Part shown: one piece after another, positions 37,925 to 51,814 of the stretch | Layout: each line of letters begins with the position of its first letter | Numbering within the stretch: position 1 is the stretch's first letter | NCBI GenBank assembly: GCA_051294905.1 | Contig: CM119371.1 | Coordinates: 15,688,001-15,752,000, forward strand | Source of the DNA: Botryllus schlosseri | Lineage: Eukaryota | Length of the DNA stretch: 64,000 nt | Reading direction: 5' to 3' | Notes under the pieces: generated by a model | The model's database searches: none | Told to the model about the DNA's origin: nothing | What the model saw: only the letters and a program-made list of their open reading frames with translations | Program-made: the position numbers and the translations under genes

Positions 37925-40677
37925 AGGCCTTTTGCAGGACTTCGATCACGTGACTAGATACGCATAGCAACAACAAATTGGTTAGCAAGCTACTTTCTCG
38001 CGCACCTGCTTCAGTGCTAAATATCGCACAGTGTACTGTTGATTTCTGGTTGTAAACGTTTCGGAAATTTGTTGTAGAAGTCATCAGAGATTTACCTATG
38101 CTAGATGTCAATACTGTACAACGCACATAGAATGATATCGTCAGAATTACGCAGAAATCAGTCGTTAACGTAGCCGTATTTCGGATACAGTATATTATCG
38201 TTTTCGGGCTGTAAACGTTCGCAAGTGTCATGGAGATGCGCAAGGATTCAAATATATTGGATGTCTTTGATTCATGAACTATGTAAACTCCTTGCGTCAA
38301 AATGATCAACATTGTAGCCGTTATTTGGTAGTCAACTATGATTTTATGACACAAAATTCGACATTGCAGGACATTGACTGCGTGATATTTATTGCAGCAT
38401 TAAGTTAGGTGTGGATAGTATACTATAGTTGCATTGTAGCGGTAGTTGGTAATCATTGCAGCATTTTGATGATTCATATCGATTGCAATATATATAGGAT
38501 ACTGCTATTTTTAAGCCTAAGAGACAATGACTGCCAGTGCCAGTACGTTGATGTGTTATGAATTCATGCAATGTGCTACATACCATATATATATTAAATA
38601 TCCTAAGCTATTGTATGACTTCTCAGTTGAACAATTCAAAATATTTAGACCTCTACACACACCTATATTACAAGTTATTGATCATTCTGTCATGCTGCCA
38701 AGTGCCACTACCCGAAGGAAAATGATCATCAGCTCCAATTGAGGGTGAAACAAACTGTCCCGGGGCCTGGATTACTTGATTGATTGCCTGGATTGGATTA
38801 CTTCACTCTATGGCACAGTGCAAATATCTTGAGTTTCAAGACATATGGCTATACCACATGTATAAGGATTAATGATCTGATGGATTATCCCAAGAGAGCC
38901 GAACATAGGCAACTAAGAAATTGATGATGCCCTCGTCAAGAATTCAGCCTGGAGCCAATTATTATCACCACATAAAATTTGGTCATGTGGTGGAAGGCAG
39001 CGTGGTTTCATGCCAACAGAAAATGTCAGCAGATGATCTGACCACTGACTAACTGTCCTGAACTTCTTTCCCGATGTTGATGTCTGCTTTGAAAATGATA
39101 TTTCATTTGTGTACAGCAAGACAAGCGCTCTTCCGTGGATGCTATGAATATGTCTAGACAAGTGGCTATGGAGGTAGAAGAAAATACATAGGCATAACAG
39201 TCTCGGCAGTTATTGAACTTGATAAGGTTAACATCCATTTTTCTTCAACTATTTCTTATGCTCTGGGTATCGAATGCACAAAAATTGATAAATCGATCTT
39301 TTTTGCAAGTTTTTTTGTAAATTCAATGAATCAAAGAATATCATAAGTTCAGAATATTACGGAGTCAATGCGAAAGAAACAATGTTAGTCGTCTTTAGAG
39401 GATGTTTCTGAGTTGGTTGATCCAATACACAGAGGGGGTCAGCCGCGAAGTACTATTTTATCTGAGTACTAGCGTCATTATGAGTTTATGATACTTCCAC
39501 TTCTACTTGACACTTTTTAGGTAGTACTTTTTTGTCAGGTTTGGGATTTTGTCAACTAGAATGTAGCTTTGGCGCATGATTGCATCCCCTTCAAGCGTGA
39601 GGTTGAACTGGGCAAAATAGCCCCAGTACCACGGAAACTAAATTAATTTTTGAAAATTGCACTTATTTGTGGTGTCATCACCCTTTTGCGTTGATCAAGA
39701 AGATGCAACATGCAATGTTTACAGTTGTCACATGGCATCAATTTCTAAAACTAAGTGACCCTCAACCAAATCTACTTCATGTAACGAATTTCTTGACCGC
39801 TTTTCAGAAATTCATTTCTACTTCCACTTAAAGTACTTTGGACATGTCCTGGAAGTAATTAGTGCTACTTGTACTGGAGTATAAATTAAGGCATTACTTC
39901 TACTCGGTTCCCAACAATGACCACGTTGACCACGTCTGGGTATAGGATGACCGATATTGTCACTGCGTTTGAGCTGCTCTAAGAGTTATATGATAGTTAC
40001 TTCCCTTAGTTCGCTAAATATCGCACATATGTGACATCAACTATTTATCAAAATCGAGTGTGATTTGCCAAATCCACTTCAATCGCAGTTGCGAAGTAGT
40101 GGTTATAAAATTGGCATTGTATAAGGCAACAATAAAGTGCACTGATTTGCTTAGTCTTGACGGCAGGTTCTCCCATAAGATACTTCCGATGTGTTCAGCG
40201 ACATTTGTTTTATAGCAGGCCGCCCGCACCCAAACCAGCAGACAGTATATCCTGATCCTTGCGGGTCCCGGCTGCTTCAGCCATATCTTCCATCCAAAAT
40301 CAGGCTCCACAACAGACAAATAGTACTGCTTGAACTAACAAATACTCTTACCAGAATATAAGCCAATCGCTTTACTTCAAATGCATAAATTTAAGTACAT
40401 ATGATCAGAGTTGAGTACAGTAATACGACTAGGTTACCGATGGATTTCTGCGTAATTCTGACGATATCATTCTAAATGCTTTGTACAGGATTGACATCTA
40501 GCATAGGTGAATCTCTGATGACTTCTACAACAAATTTCCGAAACGTTTACAACCAGAAATCAACAGTACACTATGCGATATTTAGCACTGAAGCAGGTGC
40601 GCGAGAAAGTAGCTTGCTAACCAATTTGTTGTTGCTATGCGTATCTAGTCACGTGATCGAAGTCCTGCAAAAGGCCT
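37925..40677. mobile_element. Defective ISL2EU/PIF-Harbinger-group DNA transposon with ~235-bp TIRs
   Basis: 37921-38159 is the reverse complement of 40443-40681, and ends AGGCC...GGCCT are flanked by AT. A plus-strand remnant YV*TSGYGGR...IT (~39140-39220) resembles a DDE_Tnp_4 motif. A minus-strand remnant W...G...YC..AGLG...HIGSILW (~40170-40300) resembles a SWIM finger. The flanks rejoin into one copy of the local gene repeat. Confidence 0.65.
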
Positions 40678-42262
40678 ATTGACACAGCGACCTTGGGCCT
40701 AGTGTTTATAACTTGTCATGCATGAGTGAGTCTCTTATTTCCTGACAGCTGTTGTAGGTATGAAATCGGCAAAGGTCGAAGCCTGTCGCTGTTAAATTGA
40801 GTGCGGCATTTGATGATGTTCGGATGGTGACTTCCAGCGACTCGGTTAATGTAAGCTCCGTGAGATTGACTTGCTGTTGGGTCATATATTCAATGGTTTA
40901 CTGGGATATCGTAGTCCTTCACAATCGAGTGCGTCGTGATGTCGCACGAGATGCAACTCGCAAATTCTTCTCGCAAGCAAATTAACATCACAGCATGTAG
41001 TCGTCGTTTTAAATAGGATACGTTTACTCGAATTGCAACAAAAGGACATAGTTTGGCGTTGCGATCGTACCGCACGTACTGAGGACAGTTTCCTTTGGTT
41101 ATTCGTTCAATAATTATGTTTCTCCCGTGGCCTAAAATAACTTAGGTATAGTAGGCCACTTTTACTCTACCCTGACTACACAAGAGATGTATACCAAAAG
41201 CACGTAAAAGCCTAGCATCACGAGTTATCGCATAGTAATGCATGAGGGCGTCTCACATTTCCGCACAGTGTATCCAATTTGCATGGCGCTTTAGCATCGA
41301 AGCTGTCTGATTGACCTAATTCTCTTGCCATGAAGAAATGCGAGCACCGTTAAGGCTCGAATCACTTGGTGCTGAATCTAGCACCATACTGAATCGATTA
41401 CTACTGAGCTCAGGAAATCAATTCTGACTACGGCATCGTCTTGCGTCAGATGACAAAGAAAAAATGCAAACATCAGCTGGACGAGATTGACGGGATCTTT
41501 AATGTAGCACGTGACTTATTCGAGATTCAATTAGTACTGAGATCTCTAGTTCGATGCTGACCCCAGCTTCATCTAGCATTTGTGTACGCTGTTCTCCTGG
41601 TTCTACATCTACACACATGACAACTGTTGACTGAAAAAGTATGCGATTAGCATTATCGTGCCTCTCTACCAACAGCATACATACATGTCCTGTGCGAGAC
41701 TGATTTCCGGGTACTAACGTGGCTTGTAACAGTAGTAGCATATGTAAGCGTCCCAATATGGAGCTCCACATCGGAAAGCTCGTAACACAGACCCGTTTTA
41801 TAAATCAGATCGTGAGATGATGCACCCTTATTTCAATACCTCGACGATAACGCAAGTTAGGCTGTGCTCAGTCAACGCGGGATATGCTTGAAAGTAATCT
41901 TCGTAACTATCTTTAATTTGACATATAAATACATTTTTATTCATCTGTCATTACGGACAGAACCGAGAAAATAATTATTAATTCTACACTCAAACAATTA
42001 AATAACATAGTATGTAGTTACTAGTTATAGTTTTCGGGTTACGAATATTCGAATTAAAAAAAATAAAGGATACTTTGTCCCATTGCGATCGTACCGATTT
42101 CGTATGATAACTTCATACTTCACACTTTCCCGCTTACTACGTACTGGACTCATATCAAATGGAGATAATAGCCTCGCGCCGCGGGTTTTTATATGGTGCA
42201 ATAGTACTAAACTCATTTTATCACAGTTCTGTTAGCTATGAAATCGATGATGAGGTAATTGC

Positions 42263-43241
42263 TAGGGATGGTGTGAACCTCTGAAAGGTTCTGGTTCGTG
42301 TGAACGCGAACCTTTTTGAAAGGTTCTGTGTGAACACGAACGTGAACCTCGTGACGTCATATTGCTAATTCCAACCCTATCTTTCAATGAAGTGATAGCC
42401 TATATTAATGTACACGATACCTAGCGAAGACTCGGGCCACATAATGTCACATTGCTGAAGTACATATTGGCGTTTTAAACGCCGCTAAATGTATCAACCG
42501 CGGTTATCAAAGGATATAATAATCTCATAAAATCAATACATTCCGACGCTTTGCCAACAATTTCGACGAGGACTTACCAGGGAATATAAGCTTACGCCTT
42601 AACGGTCTTTGCCAGACCGGACAATGTGTTCGGAGTCTGAGTATTGCTACATTGATATTTAGCAGAGTGTAAAACGGGTTTCTATACTCGGTACCGATAC
42701 CATAAACAACAAGTTATATAGCAGTAGCCATCACCTCAATCGCACGGATTTGGTTTTAGATACAGTAAAGATATGAAGTCAAGATTGATCCCGTACGCCC
42801 GCTCGATTTTTTACATTATAAAACGACATCAATATCATTGATTGGTTGAATAAGCATCATTCGCTGACTACGTATATCGCTCGTGATGTTGTGTGATTGC
42901 GGTTCAAGCTCACAGCAGAGAGTCACTAAATTTCACAAATGGAAAGCTGGATATTTCGAGAAATTTTTTGTAACAAAAAAGCAAGTAAAACTTTTAAGGT
43001 TGTCAAGGTGCATGCTCGTTTAGTGTTGATTTTTTATGCTGCTAGCGCCATGTATGGAGTGACCCGCAGTTGAAATGCAATAAATTTGAAACAAAGATCT
43101 TATAATGAAGTGCAAATTACAATTTACCAAAAAGGTTCACAGTGCAGAACCTACCAAGGTTCTGTTGTGAACGCGAACCTCCAAATTTCCGAGGTTCACA
43201 CACAGAACGCGAACGTGAACCTCGCGTTCACACCATCCCTA
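42263..43241. mobile_element. hAT MITE
   Basis: TIR TAGGGATGGTGTGAAC...GTTCACACCATCCCTA; 8-bp TSD GTAATTGC/CTAATTGC (1 mismatch). Confidence 0.88.
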
Positions 43242-44073
43242 CTAATTGCTAGAGTCGAGGATGTTAGGAAGGTGACTGCTACTGACTTTGTCAATCAAGG
43301 CGCCGTGAGAGTGACTTGCTCTGGTATCATATTCGATGGATTACTGGAAACATCACACTCATTCACAATCAAGGATGGGCTCTGGTGTCACACGAAATGC
43401 TCCTCGCTATTTTTTCTCGCAATCAAATAGACAATACAGCATTCATGCAGCTGTTGGTTTTAGTTGGTTACGATTGTATTTTAATTATAAAAACATTGGA
43501 AACTGTTTCGCATGGGGGTTCGTATCACGTGCGCTGAAGTTATATCGTGTAGCAGACCTTTCCACTTTCATTCATAAAATTATTTGTTTCTCTTGGGGCC
43601 TACGATAACTTAGGTATAACGTAAGGTGTCGTAGGCCTCGGTTCTTGTGCTTTCATTTCCACTTTTACTACGCAGGAGACGTATACCAAATTGACGTAAA
43701 ATTTTCGCGCCACGGGTTTTACATGGTCATGGTCATGCATGAGCGTGTCTCTCATTTCATCAAAGTGTAGCGACCCCGTTACGGCGTAAGCCAGTAGCAA
43801 TAACGGGATCGCGGTTGTGTTACTGGGCTCGGGACCTCGTCTCTTTGCGACTGCCGCCTGCTCAAACGACACTTACAATCACGGCACAACTAACAACACC
43901 ACAAGTCTATGCGGTTATAAGATTATATTAATACGACACAAGAAACTCATAATTACGATGCTAACGGACACATATAACGGAACCCAGACGATCTATAACT
44001 CCTATACGATACACACTGCACAGGAAACTGTAACAAAACTCCACACAAGCCTCACGCACAAGCACACATATAC

Positions 44074-45481
44074 TAGGGTTGCCATACGTCCGGAATTTCC
44101 CGGACATGTCCGGAATTTCAATGTTAAATCTGCGTCCGGGAGGAATTTCTAAAATATGCCGAAATGTCCGGAATTTTAAAGTAAGCTAATAATTTTTCCT
44201 AACTCAACATAAACAATAATAATTTTGGGCATATTTATGCTACATGAAGTTTTTCTTCGCGCTGTGCGCGATTTACTATCACATATGTTGGTTTTAATAT
44301 GGGGCTTACCACCCTCGCTAAAACTGCGATCAAAAATAAATAAAAATAGCATCCATTTACACAAATAAGTCTAATTGTAATCGCAATTACAAGATAACGG
44401 TATATTCATAGAGTCGGTTTAGGCCATTTGGATGCTTTATTCAAAGATAGTGGGTCTAAACTTGGGGGTAGTTTGCCTTTGATTCTTGGTTTCGCGAATA
44501 TGTTGAACGTAATCCGCTTCAAAAATAGGCCGTGGGTAAGTCTGGGCAAATGTGCCGACTTTTAAATTAGTAATCAGCTTATCAAATTTTGAGCTGGGCC
44601 ATGGAACAGTTTCAAATTGGAGATAAAGTCGCGAACATAAAGGTTGGAAACCACCGGATGTGCGGTGTTTATATAGCTAAGTGGTGCAGTGCGCGCAGGC
44701 ATTAGGCTGGTAAATAATCTTATAGGCGTGACATGAACATGACTTAACGATGTACAATTACGATCCTTGCATTTTCGAAGTCATAATCCTCCTCCAGCTC
44801 TCCGGCTAACTCTGATCATGTGGGCGGAGAGAGGATCAAATTATATAGTAATATATGAAAGAACCAATATTATTGAAATAATTCATTCAAATCATTGCAT
44901 ATAGGAAGCCCCCATAACTTGCATCGATTACCCTAAGGTGGGCCCAAGATTTTGGCGGGAGGGGGCTGAAAAATGTGGCTTCGGCCCTGGTTACAACTTA
45001 CAACACACAGCCACGTATTCCTGAACCGGATCGTGACCACCTCTAGTCGACAGACAAAGCTTTGCTAGCGTGACGTCATATTGATCGACAATGTGCGCAT
45101 GCCCCATTTTTAAATCCGCTAGTGGGCGCTAAAGAGCGTCCGGAATTTGTGTTACAAAAATATGGTAACCCTAGGCTTACCATACGTCCTCTTTTAAGAG
45201 GATTTGTCCTCTTTTTTGACTTTTTTGAAAGTGTCCTCGGAGGACGCCCTTTTGTCCTCTTTTTTGAGATTTTGTCCTCTTTTTTGAAAATTTAGGTCAG
45301 ATTTAGAGGAAATTGCGAGTGATATGCCGCAAATTAGCGCAGAAGTGAAGCTCCGATGGGTATTTCGGAGGAAAAGGGGTGATTTCAGCTCTGAGCGAAA
45401 AGAAGACCTTTTTTTTTTTAGTCATCCACCTGGTAATGTGGAGTGAAAAACGTGTTTTTGAGCTCTGAGTGGAAGTGATGA

Positions 45482-45519
<38 letters not shown>

Positions 45520-45648
45520 TCAACCGATCATGAAGCGGGTGAAATTTACCTGTTTTTGAGAATTCTTCTCCAGTTATGCTTGACTAAAATTTCTGAAAAA
45601 GTGTCCTCTTTTTTCATTTCCGAAATATGGTAAGCCTAGGTAACCCTA
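44074..45648. mobile_element. hAT MITE inserted in the solo LTR
   Basis: TAGGGTTGCCATA...GGTAACCCTA; exact TSD ACATATAC (44066-44073, 45649-45656). Confidence 0.9.
45172..45638. mobile_element. hAT MITE inserted inside the right TIR of the previous MITE; contains a ~35-nt poly-T
   Basis: TAGGCTTACCATA...TATGGTAAGCCTA; exact TSD GGTAACCC (45164-45171, 45639-45646). Confidence 0.9.
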
Positions 45649-47452
45649 ACATATACCCATCAGCCTAAACCTAGCCCAGCAGCAGTCTTGCCATCTACAA
45701 GCGAGTACGGACTACCAACGGGGCAACATCACTCCCTAGGTGCTCGCGCAGCACCGTCAGTGACTAGGCCGTGCCCCAGCCAACCATCCGCGCAGAGATT
45801 CCGACCGGTACGTCCAACTCAAGCCTGCAAATACAAGACCAACTATACCTACTACTTCACGCCCTAACTGCCTAACGCCACCACTACTTCACGCTGCTGC
45901 CCCAAACTACTAATACTTCACGCTACCAAACGCAGAGACATACTCACTCGCATCCATCTTCAGCCACGCTCTCAGCCAACTCCCCACTCAACTCACTCAA
46001 CACGCGGTCTCCAGCCATATCACGCGCAACAATATTCTAAACGGCAAAATACAGAACATTCTGGAAACCTCGGGTTTCCACAAAAGATTATATCGACTCT
46101 GCATGATGCTTTAATATCAAAGTTTCCTGAGTGATCGGATTTTGGCGCTCCCCACAAGGAACAAATGCACACATTTTCTAGGCACGAGTGACTTGGCGCC
46201 TAATATATCACGTGATCGAAATGAACATAAAAATTTGTAAAATTTCTATTCACCACATTAACTTGTTAAGTTCTCTATAGAAATGTTGCTAAACATATTT
46301 GGCTTAACTCCAACCGGTGGAAGCGGAGTTATTGCCGTCAAAAATTTTTGGATTGGAATAAATAGTATTTACGGAGCGGAAATTCTTCAATTGTTTATTT
46401 TTATATTTATTTTCATATCATAAAAATTCTTCTCGTGTAGCAATGCGGCTACTGGTTGCAATTGAACCAAATTTGCTGTACAGGCTTTAATGAGGTAACC
46501 TAACAATTTTAGTAGTGAGTGTACCAGTAAGGAGATATCAACACGAGAAAGCCGTTGCCACATACACGTTTTATAAATCCGATCGGGACATATCGCAGCA
46601 TGTAGATGGTATTCTACATACGTTACAGCTTTTCGAATTTAGGAAAACATGAGCAACTGTCCGGCGCAACAATCATTTTATATACCGAGGCGATGGCGTA
46701 GGACACTTTTTCACGTTTTAACTGGTACTCTGTTTCCGCCCTTTCTCGGCAAGGGGATGTGTACCAATACCAATTACATTCAAAACTTTGCGTAGCAGGT
46801 TTTTATGTATTGTCATGTATGACTGCGTCTAATATCATAACAGCTGTTGTAGCTATTAAACCGGAAAATGTCGAAGCCGCTCGGGGCTCGATGTTAAAGT
46901 GAGTGCAGCGGTTGGTGATCGTAGGATGATGAGCTTCAACGACTTGATTAATACGATATCCGTAAGATTGACGTTCTGTAGGGCCATATTCAATAGATTA
47001 GGATCCCTGTATATCGCACTCATTCACAATCTTAAAGTGAGCTCTGATGTCACACGTAATGTTACCCGCTATTTCTTCTCGCCAACAAACAGATACACAA
47101 ATACAAATAGGTATAAATAAGTACACAGTATCTATTTGTAGTTTTGAATCGGTTGCGATTTTTTGAATTATAAAAAAGATCTTCGGAAACTCTATCGTTT
47201 TGTGATCGTACCCCGTACAGAAGGTATGGCGTAGGTGACTTTCCTGTTTTATATACCAAATTATTGGTTTCTTACGGGGCCTGCGATAACTTGGGCATAA
47301 ATTAATTATCATAATCCTGATTTCTCTGCCTCCACTCTTTACTACGCAAGGGATGCATACCAAATGACCGTACGAACTTCGAGCAAGGGGTTTTACATAG
47401 TCATGCATGATTGCATCTCTCTTTTATTCACGGTGTATCGAATCTACATTAA

Positions 47453-48232
47453 GGCTTCTCTACACGGCAAGTCGCCGGACCAAACCAAACCCAACGTAGC
47501 CGTGGTTTCCATCTACACGGTTTGCTGTCTGCGGTCCGATGTACCGTGACCGCCGTGTTTGCGCAATCTATTTACATTTTATTTACACATAGTAGAAGCG
47601 TGCTTGAAACTAACATGGTTATGATGCTTGTAATCCAAATTTTATATAGTGCGGTCCGCGAATGGATTCAGATGTCGAATGCGGCCCGCGAGCTCAAAAG
47701 TTTGCCCGCCCCTGATCAAGGCTATGCTAAAATGCTATATTTCACAACAACAAAATATACTCATATCCGATTCCTCACCCTTTGAATTACACAGAAGAAC
47801 CCACAAAGATACTGTTCTTCTTCAGGAATACTATAATATCTGTATACTATACTAGTAGTATAGTATACTAGTGTATACTATATATTATATCCATATACTA
47901 TACTATACTACTATAATATATTTATACTATACCACTATAATGTATCCGTATACTATACAATATACTATATACTGTGCACTATATACTGTATACTATACTA
48001 TATACTGTGTACTATACCATACGATATCCGTCTCCACTCCACAGAAACTATAATTTCCCGACGAGACTACGGTCCCGCAGACCGACGAGATCGCTCGCTG
48101 AGCGAAAGCTTCCAAACCGATCCGTGAATTAGGAGAGAAACCAAATCGATGTTCAGTGAACCATAGACATAATAAAACAAACTAAAGAAATCCGGTTTGG
48201 TTTGGTCCGGCGACTTGCCGTGTAGAGAAGCC
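47453..48232. mobile_element. PIF/Harbinger-like MITE containing a TATAC-rich microsatellite (~47840-48020)
   Basis: ~39-bp TIR GGCTTCTCTACACGGCAAGTCGCCGGACCAAACCAAACC, flanked by TAA/TTA. Confidence 0.8.
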
Positions 48233-49859
48233 TTATGCTTTAGCATCGTCGTTGTCTTAGAAAAACGCGAATGTTAGTAATAGCGCGCAAGTATACCATG
48301 GTGCTGAACGTAGATGGCTGATTCGAGATTCGATCACCTCCGAGCAAAGGCCTTACTTCTGATCTGAGTTCAGAGTTCAGACCGCAGCTTCATATCGGAT
48401 TCGATGACGCTCTTTCCCTGACTTTACACACACGTCGACCTTGAATGCACTCGATAAGCGTGTCTCTATACCAGTGGCTCTAAACCGCCGGTCGGCGGGC
48501 CGGTGCCGATCAGCCAAATATATTGGAATTCGATATCTCAATTCCAAAATGTAAAAAGTGTAATGCTTGTCCATTAGTGATTTAAAACATCAGATTTTAG
48601 ATAGATTCATGAATTTGGAACGTGTTTTCTGCATCGTGTCGAAGTAGACAGTTCATGGTCTACTTTGGATGTTAGTCACAATGGGGCATGAGTTGTTCGA
48701 AACTGTTTAAAAGTAGACTACAGCTCGGTGCGGACAAGTTATATATGAGAAAGTGACGTAGACTTCTAAACAAACTTCGCCAAATTCCGACAATGCAATT
48801 AAACGGCACGTGGCAGAGAGACCATAACAGCAAACAGTAAAGTCACAATTTTTTCTCTCTCTCTGCTCAGGTAATCAGATTTATCGGCAGAGCTGAGTGA
48901 CGTGTTGGAAAAGGTAGGGCATCTAAACAATAATTAAACATTTTCGGGAAGACCCGTTGGTATATTGACTTCGTTGATGCTATTTCGTGCCCTCCTATAT
49001 CTAGTGAGATATGGAAATCGCTAAAACGCATAAAAAAGTACTTATCCGGCTCTGGCCGCACCAGAAAAAGTACTGATCCAGCTCCAGCCAAAAATGAAAA
49101 AGTCCGGCCGGATAACCAATCCAGCTCCGCACCATGCTCCGCACTAGCCCACACATACTTGGTGTATAAGCGGGTGGCTATGGCGGCAGTGACACGCTCA
49201 AATGTCGAGTAGAGAATTTCAAAATAACGACCCGCTAGTGGGAGCCCGAGTTTTGGGCTGAATGTGTCCATGTCCATATCAAGAACTGAATTAAATCGAA
49301 AAGCCAGAAGCAAAAGATAATCGCTTTATTATTTTTGTTTTTGTGACTCTCTGCGAAAATTATGTCATTCGCGATGTTTTGCAGATTTGCGCAACTTTCA
49401 AGTAGAACCATATGAGGATATAAGATGAAGAGAACATGTAATTTTGCCGTAATGAATAATGCTACGAGCACTCTACGAGAACTCTATATATCCCTGCTCG
49501 TAGTGTAGACGAACATACGTGTGCCTATTGCATACAATCCACTTATACAGATATTGAGAGCTGCCGTTACGAGTAACGGCAAAGGACAGCTCAATTTGGA
49601 TTCATATCAGCTATAGCAGCAGTTGGATGCTTGAGGCGTCGACGTGGAAATCGTCGTTTTGAATTTGACGTGTACAAAATTTCAAATCTTTGTCAGATGT
49701 ACATACTTCTCGCCCAGCAGTAAAGTTCGAACCTAATTTAACAATTAACATGAAAAGATATCAATAATGACGCTACATTTGAAAGTAGGCAAAGTGGTTT
49801 TACCCACCTGTGGGGAGCTGTCTCTATTGTATTGATAACCGGGCATATATGGCATGGCG

Positions 49860-50005
49860 ATGGTCCTTCAATCATACTACAACACACCCCACTACTATTC
49901 ACTGCATGATAATAAGTAGTGGAGCTTGAAATTTCGACGATTCTGCTATCAATAACCCGATATGGCCCGAAAATATGCAATGACATTCTTTTAGCCTTGG
50001 AGCAT
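49860..50005 (-). mobile_element. Possible Gypsy integrase GPY/F-domain remnant
   Basis: KRMSLHIFGPYRVID; a short motif only. Confidence 0.3.
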
Positions 50006-51814
50006 ATGTCATTTTCGTTTTTTTAGTTAACGTTATTTCCATTGTGGCCACACTCATAAATTTCGTCGACTACTTCAGCTCGGGTTCAAAAGCCTCCCCC
50101 GATGATATATATATCGCTGGCCTACCCTGACCGCACATCATTGACAACTACGGCGGAGTGTAAATGATTTTTTTTTCAAATCGAAAAAAGAAGTTCCTCA
50201 ATCCTGACAAATGACCTAAAACTTCAATAAAAAGTGACTTCAGGGGATTACCACCATTTTTAGCCGATAGCCCCCAATTTCTTCGCGTGGGGGGCGGGGG
50301 GGGGGGGGGTGGCCCATCTCGGCAACCAGTGGTCGTAGAGTCATGATATATAGCTCAAAATCTGCGGAAACATCATGTTTCTATCTGTCTTAAGAAGAAA
50401 GTTTTCTCTATTGTGAACACAAAATGAGTTGCCAAAAGCACTATATACGCACATTTTTGTTGAAATTCAGCATTTGTTCTGCACACCAAATTTGACCCAA
50501 TTCCAACCAGTAAAGACCGTACAATCTTGAATTGAAATTTTTAATTTATTGGGGAAAATTTGAAATAAAATCAAGTTGCTCGGCTTTTACTGGTTGGAAT
50601 TAGGTCAAATTTAGTGTGCATCGTTTCTTTAGACCGACTATGCTGCGTTCATAACGGATGACAAAAACAGTGAGCGAGCCTCCTACAAGCTGTGGAAGAT
50701 CACCGGAACAGATATGCAGATTTCTCGAAATCAACCATTTCATCCACCTGATTCATGTAATATTTTGCCAAGTACATCTCTTTCTTTGCCATATTTTTTC
50801 GTTTCCTGTGATGTTTAATATGTGGCTGTGAGTGGATGTTACATTTACAGTTGTATTTTTGCACATGGGGATCCAGGAAATTAATGAACAGAGCCGGGTA
50901 GGTTTGAGGGATGTAGGATATGTGATCCAACAAAATGACCATCAGTTTAAGGTAGTTTTGAGCAGTTCTAAGGCAGTGTGGGACATGGAAATGATATCCT
51001 GAACTAGGAATGCCTTATATAGTGGGGTTTTGTAGCACTCCAAACCCCAACAGCTGCACAAATCCATGTTATATGTCACTTTAACTAGGCTAGGTAAAAT
51101 CGTGACACTCAGATTTTAGGGGAATCCCCTATTTTCAGCTGCTATTTTTCCAGCTCAATGTGCACACGGATGCAGGGGACGAGTTACAAAAAAAAGTAGC
51201 CAGGATATGTTTTTAAGGTATAAGGCATGGGAATCGGACTGACAACCTGGACTTTTTGAAAGTCGGTCAATTCTGAACAACCCTAATGTACATGTACAAG
51301 GTGCTCTCACACTCAAAAGTGATATACAGCAGTGCCTGCTTCTACGATTTTCACACGCTGTGCGCTGCGGGATATAATACCTGATTCGAAACATGTTGTT
51401 CAAAATAACCCTAGCAAGCGTGACGGCAGTGTTTTAACGGGAAATTGACGATCTAAAAGTACGCGTAATTCGTTACACATGAATTAGAATAACCCACTAC
51501 ATTTATGAAAACATATGTAGCAAACATCGTCGCGTAGCGCAACCAAAAATTTCGGGATTTGACATGTTTTGTGGAATGTTAATTTGCTCTGAATAATCAT
51601 TAAGGATATGTTCTACTACCACATCCTCTACTGCAAAGCCATTTTTCTTCAGCGCCCCCCCCCTCGGAGCCCAGCGCCCCCTGGGCGTTTCCGCCCCCTT
51701 CAAAATCGTCAGCGCCCCTTGGGGGGCGCTGGAGGCACGGTTAACAACCACTGCTGTAGGCGAAGGTGGTGTCTGAATCAAAGACTACTCCAAGTCGTTT
51801 CGGCACCTTCCTAT

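Larger units (their letters stand above)
43766..46082. mobile_element. Solo LTR (~734 bp after removing the nested hAT elements)
   Basis: TGTAGCGACCCC...CGGGTTTCCACA (TG..CA, imperfect inverted ends) with 4-bp TSD AAAG (43762-43765, 46083-46086). Confidence 0.75.
37820..48420 (-). pseudogene. Decayed tandem array (about three units) of a modular gene of uncertain identity
   Basis: Homologous minus-strand blocks at ~40690-41440, ~42100-43765 and ~46690-48420 share GFD..RF..YNSC.EIRD..MHD and Y..LVYVSCVV. All are broken by stops, frameshifts and transposons. Confidence 0.55.
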
